A stretch of DNA of 59,068 nt from an uncultured Clostridia bacterium. GTDB lineage: Bacteria; Bacillota; Clostridia; Christensenellales; CAG-917. This document shows positions 47,701 through 56,700 of this stretch, in pieces. The first letter of the stretch is position 1. Each line of letters starts with the position of its first letter. The notes below the pieces were generated by a model, which saw only the letters and a program-made list of their open reading frames with translations, was not told the DNA's origin and ran no database searches. The stretch lies in the NCBI GenBank assembly GCA_947629635.1, contig CANREO010000001.1:1-59068 (forward strand). Reading direction: 5' to 3'. The position numbers were made by a program, and so were the translations under genes.

Positions 47701-50700
47701 TTCTATTCGCTGGATCTCGGCTATACCGTGGAAGAGATACTTGAGAAGATAGATCTGGGCATATCCGTCAAAGCGGAGTTGCAGCTCAATCCGAGCATAG
47801 CGATAGGTATCGAACTTGACAGCAAACTGCTTGCCGTCGGCTTGAACATTTCCACGGTCAATGTCGCCACCGGCACCGACAACGATGCGTACAGAAGGAT
47901 ACATAAGCTGATAGATGACGCCATTTCCGTCAAAGACGCAGTGCCTTATACCGTCGAAGATCCGACAAAGGGCGACTATTACTATAAACTCGATGACGGC
48001 AGCTTCGTTAAGGCCGGCGAGTTTGATGCAGACAGTCAAACGAGAGCGGACGACGTTGTCTACGAGGATCGTTTCGAAAGACATGACGACCTCAGTATAA
48101 TCACACTCAATTTGAGTCTGGTGCTTGACTACAGCGCAAGCGCCACATATGTCTATGTGTCCAACAACGAGGCGTTGAACGCCTACGATCCGATGGACAG
48201 ATATTCATATAATGCTTCCGACGGAAGATTTGTCAAAGATCCCAACGGCCGCTATGTGCGCGACGGGTTTGCATTTGACGATACTATCGAAGCATTGCTC
48301 AACATACCCACGGTGAAAGAGGCGCTTGGTGGGATCCTCATCCCGGTGGTGCATATGTCCACGGAGGGCGGCGAATTTATCGGCTCCACAACCAAACTGC
48401 CGTTGAGCGAAGCGCTCAGCCGTCTCGGCCTCAACTTCATGATTTCGGATATGATGGACGACGGCGTCAAGTTGGACCTTGTCGTCAAGCTCGATCTCGA
48501 AAAGCTGGGATTGACGTTGACCGACATTAACAGCATAAAAGAATTTATAAATAAATTAAGTAACAATATTAAAAACAAAACAGTTGACGTCAAAAACCTG
48601 GTCGACGCTATGGAAGTGGGTCTGACCTTAGACTTCACCTATGAAGATCCGAATGAAGACGTAAAAATTTCCGTCTATCTCATCGAAAGCATCGTCTATG
48701 TTGACGCAAGCGGAGTAGGCTTGCCGCGCATCAGCTTCAACCTGTTCGATTTGATAGACGCCTTCACAGCCGTCACGGGAGGAGCGCAGTCGGAAGCTCA
48801 GATGGCGGCGGGCAATCAAACGTCTACATCATTTGTATCCTTGTTGAACGCGGTCGTATCACACATATTGATCAGCGCAACGGATATAAGCGGTCTCGAA
48901 GCGCTGAGCATCTTCTTCAAACCGGATATGTTCAAGAGTCTGCTGACCATCCTTACAGGGCAGAATTTCACATCGGAGATGCTTGATTTCACCGAAAACA
49001 GCGGCATCTTCCTGCGCCCCGGCGGAACGATGGACAGCTTGTTGTCGCTTGGATTGCTTGTCGAACTTGCCAATAAGAACGACCCGATCGAAAGCGAAGA
49101 CGGAGAGGTGACCCCGTTTACGTTGAAACTCGATTTGGGGCTTGCGGCGAACCTCGGATTTGAAAATAGCGAGGAATACGAGTCTTTGCTCGATCCCGAT
49201 GAAAGAGCTGATTTTATAGACTTCTTGACCTATATCGAAAATATTGTCAATATCGTAAACGGCTATGAGAACGAAAGTTACGTACGTGCGGAAAAACCGA
49301 TCGGCGACGGTAGCTTGTATTATGTCTTTAAGCCCGACGAAAACGGCAATTACGTGACGGCTGTCGGAATGTTCCGTCCAATCAACGACGGAGAAGTCGT
49401 CGCTGCCGGCAAGCAGAGATACCGTCGCGAATATGCAAAATTTGTCGGTGACAAGATCAGCATAGTGGAATATTTGCCCGCGGACGAGAGCGCAGACGAA
49501 GCAAATCTGTTTGCGTATGACGCAGAGCAAGACATTTATGTCCGAGTAGCCGATTATAATGGCAGCGACGAGAGACGCTTTGTCGAGCATGAAAAGGAAA
49601 GCATAGGACCAAACGACGCGGCGTTGTATAACAAGCAGGGCGTGCCCACATACACCGACCAATATATTTCGTTGTCGGTAGGCGGACTGATATATCTCAA
49701 CTCGTCAAGCGTGGAGACTTACAACCTCGGCGGACTTGTAAGCAATCTGTTTGGCGACATGCTTATAGAGTTGCAGACAAAATCCGTCTTCAACGGCGGC
49801 ATAGGTCTAAAGGTCTCCGCCAACGTGGATCTCGCTTCGTTAGACTTAAAGGCGCTCTTCGGCGGCACATTTAGCGACTTCCTTGCAAACAGCAATCTCG
49901 ACAGAGTAGAGCTTGCATTGGAGTTTATAGAAGTGTCCGAGGACGGTCATTTTGTGACATATTCCGACGGCTCGGACAAAGTGCTGGGCGGCATGTATCT
50001 CACCGGCGATACGCTGTACTTCGATATGACCGGAGTCGTCGAGACTGCCGAGACGTACGCGCGTATTGATGACTTTATGAGTTTTGCCAGAAAGGTCGCG
50101 GGACTTATCGACGGACTTACGAAAAAAGACAACACGGGCAACGACGCAACAGGCCAAGCGATGGCGGCTGCCGATAATCCGACAAACTATGCCACAGCTG
50201 TCAGAAACGCGATCATTGCGCTTGTGTATTCGGACGAAGTGTTCCAGTTGCAACTGACGCGCGCGCTCATATCTTATATTTTCTCTACGCTTATGCCGGA
50301 TCTTGGCAGCATCGACGAGATATTTGACGTCTTGTCACTGTCGCTGGGCTTAGAACACGGGAAAGAAGTGTTCAGAAAGATCGAAGATATGACAAACGAA
50401 GAGGAAAAGGCAAAATTCCTCGATGAAAACGATTCCGCAAACTATTGGAACGACAGATATACATATTATAAAGATCCTACCTATCTGCCCGTTGCGAACG
50501 ACGGCTATTATGCCGTTAGGACGGACGGCGGTTATGAGTATTTCGATATAGCCTCCGCGAGGCTGTTTACAATGGACGGCGATAATTATAAATATGCCGA
50601 AACTTACAGCGCGGAAGGCGGCGCGACATATTTTGTGCGCGACGGCAAGACATACAGGCAAGTTGAATTTGTCGCGAACAGTTATTATGCGGCAAATGTA

Positions 50701-53700
50701 AACGGGACGATCAAGTTCTATCAAGTGCCGTTTACTCAACTGTATACGGAGGCTGAAGGCTCATACACGGCGGCGGACAAATACGACGCGGAAGGCGGCA
50801 CGGCATACTATGTGCGCGAGGGCAATTCCTTTGTCAAAGTGTTGTTCGGAGCAAACGGCAAATCCGTATCCGGCAGGACCAGCTATTACGCGTCCTTCGG
50901 CGACGGAGACGACGCGGCGAGATTGCCTATCAACAGCTATGCGCTCTATCATAAGAAGCCCGTTGTTGAGGACGGAGTCGTAAAATTGAGCGAGGGCGAA
51001 ACGGACGACGATTTTGTACAAACCACGTTGTTTGTCAATGACGAAAAGGCGCTCGGCGGCTTCTATACATATGTCAAATACAATGACACGTACTACAAAG
51101 TGACCGGGCTCGAGACGCTGAACGTAGGCTATGTCAAAGATATCAAGGGCGATTATTATCGCACTATAGACAGCTATTCGAGGACAGACGAGTTCAGACT
51201 GGCGTTGGACCTCAGCGTGGGTTGCCTCAGCTTAGGTTTGCGCCTTGGCAATCTGAGCGTCGGACTCGGCGGCGGATTGCAGCTGTTGCCTGATTACTTG
51301 CGCGACGGAAAGGCGCACTCATATATCGACGAGTATGGCGCCGAACACAAATATACGACGAATATGACGGATGAAGAGAAAGAGCTTGTCGAGGATATCC
51401 CTGTCAATCCCTTCTATGACACCGTTATCGATTTGAGTTTCGCCGTAGAACTTGACTTCGGCATTACCGAAGGGAGGCTTGACTTCGGCGAAATTTTGAG
51501 TGCGATCGTAGGCAATATTGCCGGCATAAACGTCGAGATGCCCACAACTACGAAGGGATACTCTTCGGCGCACTTCAGACTTGACGCCCACGTCATGCTG
51601 GATATGTATGATCTCGGCGAGTCCGAGCTTTCGATCGAACTGGTTCAAGTGACCGAAACGGGTTATGATTCGCTTGTGATAGGCGCGTACTATATCAACA
51701 GCAACCTCTATCTCGACCTGTCCAACATGTTCAACATACCCAAGATGGCAATTACGGACCTCAGCATAACAGGTTTGTTGAATAAGGCGTTCAATACGGA
51801 CTTGTTCGAAGGAGGATTGTTCTGGGCAGACGCCGCAGAGCAAATGGCCGGAGACGCTATGATCGCAGCCGCCGACGCGTCAAATTCCGACGCAAGCACA
51901 GGTGCGGCTGGCGACGTTGACTTTACAAACAGAAACCTGGCTCTTGCAGTGCTGTTTGACAAGCATATGGTGGCAATTGCGTTGGGCGATCTGTTCTTCG
52001 ACACGGTGCTTGAGTATATCCCCGAAGATCTGCTCGGATTTGACCTCAAGCAACTGTTCTATGACGAGATAAACGGCAATTTGCAAATCAAACTCGGCAC
52101 CGAGAAGGATATCGACCTCGAATTGAAGGCGTCGTTGGGCCTTGAAGGCGGCAGATATACTTATTACACCGCGGCGACGAAAGACAAGGACAGCGCCAAC
52201 GAGGAAGCGATCAAAAACAGCCTTGCAAGCGGCTACAACACGGCGCAATATTATGTGTTTAAGGCGGAAAAGACGGCGACGGATATCGACGGCAATTTGT
52301 CCTCGCAGGACGGCTATTACACAATCAACGAGGCCGGCGGATATGCGCGTGCCATCAGACCCGACGAAATTACGGACGGTATGACGCTTTACACGCGATA
52401 CAGAGTGGCGCTGGAGCAGGGCGAGTTGTGCCTTGTGGAAATGGTTGACAATGCCGCAGGCAACGGCATGGAACTTGCCGGAAAGACTTTCAAGCTCGAA
52501 GAGGGCGACAAGATATATCTATACGCTCCGGGCGCGATCGCCAATAAGTCGTTTGTGGGAGACGGCGGATCTTACGATATGAATATGGATCTGACGCTTG
52601 CCTTGCACAACCTCAACCTAGAGTTTACAAATTCACGTTCTGCGGTGCTCAGCGGCGAGGAAATTGCGGAATACACGGCGTTTGACAACCTTGACCACAT
52701 TGTCATCAAGGATACGCTCGATCTGACGGCTATGTTCAAAAACGGCAGCGACATCGACCTCAGCGCAGTGCTTACGGCTTTCCTGCCCGGCTTGCCTACA
52801 GAAAATCTGCTTATGCTCATTGCGCAGGCGGACAACGGCGGCGACGTCATCCGCAATTTGCGCTTGAGCGTAGAGGCGGAAATTTTGAGCATGGCGCTGA
52901 TCAACTATGCGCGTACGAACCTATTCAATATCGATAACCCCAACGGCGAACTGGACATCACATACATTTTCAATCTGATTTCGGAGTTGATCAAAAACTT
53001 CAACACATTGGATCTGGGCAGAGTGCTTTCGGATCTTCTCGGCTTTGTCAACCTGAAAATAGTTTTGCAGACGAAGGGCGGCAATGATTCAGACTATCAC
53101 GACATGCTCGGCCTGTATCTTGTGGGCGGTAAATTCGAAAAGTTGACGGAAGAGGATATCGACCCGGACGGCGACAACTATATTGCGCCCGAGGACAGAT
53201 ATGACCATTATTATCAAGCTTCGTACGGCAACTTCTACTATTTGGACGGAAAATACGAGCTTATAGGAAAAGACACCTCGTTTACGGGCGTCAGATATTC
53301 TTATGATCCGAGTTATTGCTACAAGAACCCCAACGGCAACTATAAGCGCGTAGGCGGCGGCCTGTATGTGGATCTGAGCTATTTCAACATCCCCAGCATC
53401 AATGTGCCAAGCTACATGATAGAGGATTTGATCGTCAGCAATTTGTCCACAAGCGGCTCATCCGAGGCAATGATCGCCGAGGGCGAAGCGGAGGGACAGG
53501 ACTCGATCTTCCCACTTATCAAGGACGATACGATAACGGGTTATATAAGAAGCTTTGTGTATGGGGTGAGGATAACATCCGCATACGTCAAACTGCTTGT
53601 GCAACCCAATTACATCAATCAATTGCTCACGCTGTTGCTCGGCGAGGACAGCGCCATAACATTCGATGAGGATCTGTTTACAAACTACTCCAACCTTGCG

Positions 53701-56700
53701 CTGTACTTCGATAGGACGATGCACAACTATGAAAAGGTAGACGACCTCATCAACAGTATGTCATTGCTGTGGATGGCATCTCCCACGGAAGAGGAACAGG
53801 CGAGATACAGAGCGGAGATAGAAGATCTGCTTGGTAGCTCCAAGTACAGATTCCAACTCAAAGAGTATAAGGGCAAGGCGGATTCCAGCGAAAACGGCTT
53901 GTACTATATCGACGATAACGGCGCATTCGTTCATAAGAACGAGATGGGCACGGCGGAGCGCGCTGCCTATGACGAACTTGTCAACGAAGGCAAAAAGGCG
54001 TATTACGACGTCGTAAGTGTGCCCACATATATAAGGTTGCTCGATCCGACGACCAAAGCGCCGACAAACAATTTCGTGTTGTATTCGACAGCAAACAAAG
54101 TGCAGCTTGCAAACGCCGAGGCTGACGACAGGCTTGCGCAATTCAGCGTGTCATTGCCCAAATTGTACACTGTCACGGATAAGATAAGCGACGACACAAA
54201 GAACGTCGAAGTAAACGGCACGATTTATACCCCGACCAACCCCGAATTGTCCTACTCCAAGAGGCTTACCACGGAAAATCCGCTTTTGAGTTTGCAGGTA
54301 TTCCTGTGGGATTATTCGCTTAAGCTCGACTTGCAATTCCCACAGTTCGAAGTGGTCGAATTCAAGTATCTGACAGGCACTGAAGCGGCAGAGCAGATAG
54401 GCGAGATCCCCGACGGCGTGCGCTATGTCGATATGGCGCAGGACTTCTACAACAACGAGGACAAGACTACGCTTGACGCGTGGGTGGCCGACTATTATAG
54501 AGAAGGCGCGTTCAGCAGCGACGAATATGAGAAGAATCCGCGCTTCTATAAGAACAGAAACAACTATTATCCGATAGACAAAACTACCTTGAGCGTATAT
54601 AACGAGGGCAAATACGAGCTCGCAGTGAAAGACGGAGATCCGTTCCCGGATATACTCAAGGAGATCGAGGAAAACGGCAAAGAATATTATGTCTACGTAG
54701 GCTCGGGTTACGAGTTGTTGCAAAGGGCTTACATTTACAAGCACAACAGATACGACAGCGTCTACAAGAGGTTGCTCGCGCCCGAAGAGAAGAAAGCGGA
54801 CGGATCGGAGTACGGCCCCGACGAATACTACGTTCGCGTGCAACAGGACAGCGGCGTGCAAGCGCCCGATTTCGGCGATCCGCTGTATGATGATTATGCA
54901 TACAAAGAGTACGTGCCCGTAAACGAGTTGTACTATCTGTCGCTGGATCTGCGTGCGCACATTTCGATAAACTCCGGCAAGATATACTTTGCATATGCGG
55001 ATTATCTGGCACTTTACAACAGTTTGCATCCCGAAGAGCACGTAACGGAATTTACGAAAGAGCAACTGAAAGGGATCGCATATAAGATATTCCAAGGCAA
55101 CTATGTCGCGCTTTCGGACACGGACGACTTCGAAGCGTTGCGCGACGGCGGCAATTTGTACGTGTGGGTCAACTCTTCACTCGGTCCCGAGTACGGCATA
55201 GACGAGGCGTTGAGCGACGTGCTCGGCGGCATACTGGGCAATCTCAAGGGCAGATTCCAGGTGTCGGACAACATGACGTTGAACATCTATTTGTCATTAA
55301 GGCTCAACCTCACGTTTGAGATCTCGCTCGTGCCGGCGAAGTTGATAATCCGCGACCTCGACGTAGCGATCGACGGTTGGGGCGAACAGAACGATATGCT
55401 GGAGGACGGCACGTTTATCGATCCCGACACGAGAAATAACTACGCAGAGAACGAGTTGCTTGACGGTTCGCTTACGCACTTGTTCGGCATCTACTACAGC
55501 CATGACCGCAACACGGGCGAGGCCGGGTTGTACGTCGACCTCGAGTGGCTGCTCGGCTCGGACGCCAAGATAATGATAGACCTCAGCGATTACACGCTCG
55601 AGGACGTGATAAACGGTCAATTCGGCGACACGGAAGCGCAGAGTGAAGCGATGATGGCGGCGGACGGCATGAACGTACAACAATCGTCATCTGCCGTAAG
55701 CCTGTATGTCAACATATTTACAAACGCGATAGCCGTCAACATGACGAGCGGCTTTATCAAGGCGCTCATCGGAGAGCTGTCGCCGGAATCGACTTTGGGC
55801 GATCTCATCCCCAACTTGAAGATATATGCAAAACTCGATCTCAACCCCTATGATCTGACGGTGGGCGCGTTGCTGTTCAACGAGGACGGCGACAGACCCA
55901 TGCTTGACGTCAGCATGACGTTGGAGGGCTTAAACGGCGACAAGGATTCGTCCAGGATCACGTTTGGGCTCGCGTCCAAAGTCAACGCGGAGCAGAGGCC
56001 CGAGGATCATGTCTTCTACTTTGCAAACTTCTATAGCGACAAAGACGGCAACTATGGCAAGAACGGAACGGATAAGGAGTACGTGAGGCTGTACAAGGAC
56101 GCGGAAGGCAAGGAGTATGTCGCTGCGGAAGACGGCTCGTATATGCTTGACGAAAGCGGCGTCATAGTGGACGCGACGGAGGGATACGAAGGGCAGAAGT
56201 ATGCCCCGTACAACGGGCCGACGGCGCGCTACAGCAAGGCGGAAGGAGAAATGAAGCCGATAGTCGGCTTCAGATACGGTCTCGGCTCGCCGTACGACGA
56301 ATATGGCGACGACGTCTACACATTGCATCAAGGCGAATACAGGACGGTAGATTATCTCCTGCCCACGCTTGGCAGCAGCAAGTTCAGAGACATATACAAC
56401 AAGGAAGCGTTCAAGGACTTCACGGGTTGGGTGTACGCAATCAGAAATCAAGAGTACGTCGAGCTTGAAAAGGCAACTCTCGAAGGCTTTACCGGCGAGG
56501 GCAACTTGCAATATATCCTTGCAGACGACATCGACAGCGTGCTGACGGGTGGGCTTGCGACATTTAAGGAAGCATGGCTTGCGAAGGCGGTCGAAGTGGG
56601 CGGCAAGAAGTATTTGCCCGTAGACTTTGTATTGTCCGACGACAATACGACGATAGTCGGCATAGGCGACAAGGGCTACACCTCGCTGTACGACGCGGAT

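Noticed and set aside
44830-56160. Tyr-rich units in the giant protein looked at first like RHS/YD repeats or choline/cell-wall-binding repeats.
   Set aside because: They lack the YDxxGR(L/I) register of YD repeats and the GW...WYYF pattern of CW_binding repeats. Spacing is irregular. I treat them as family-specific insertions instead.
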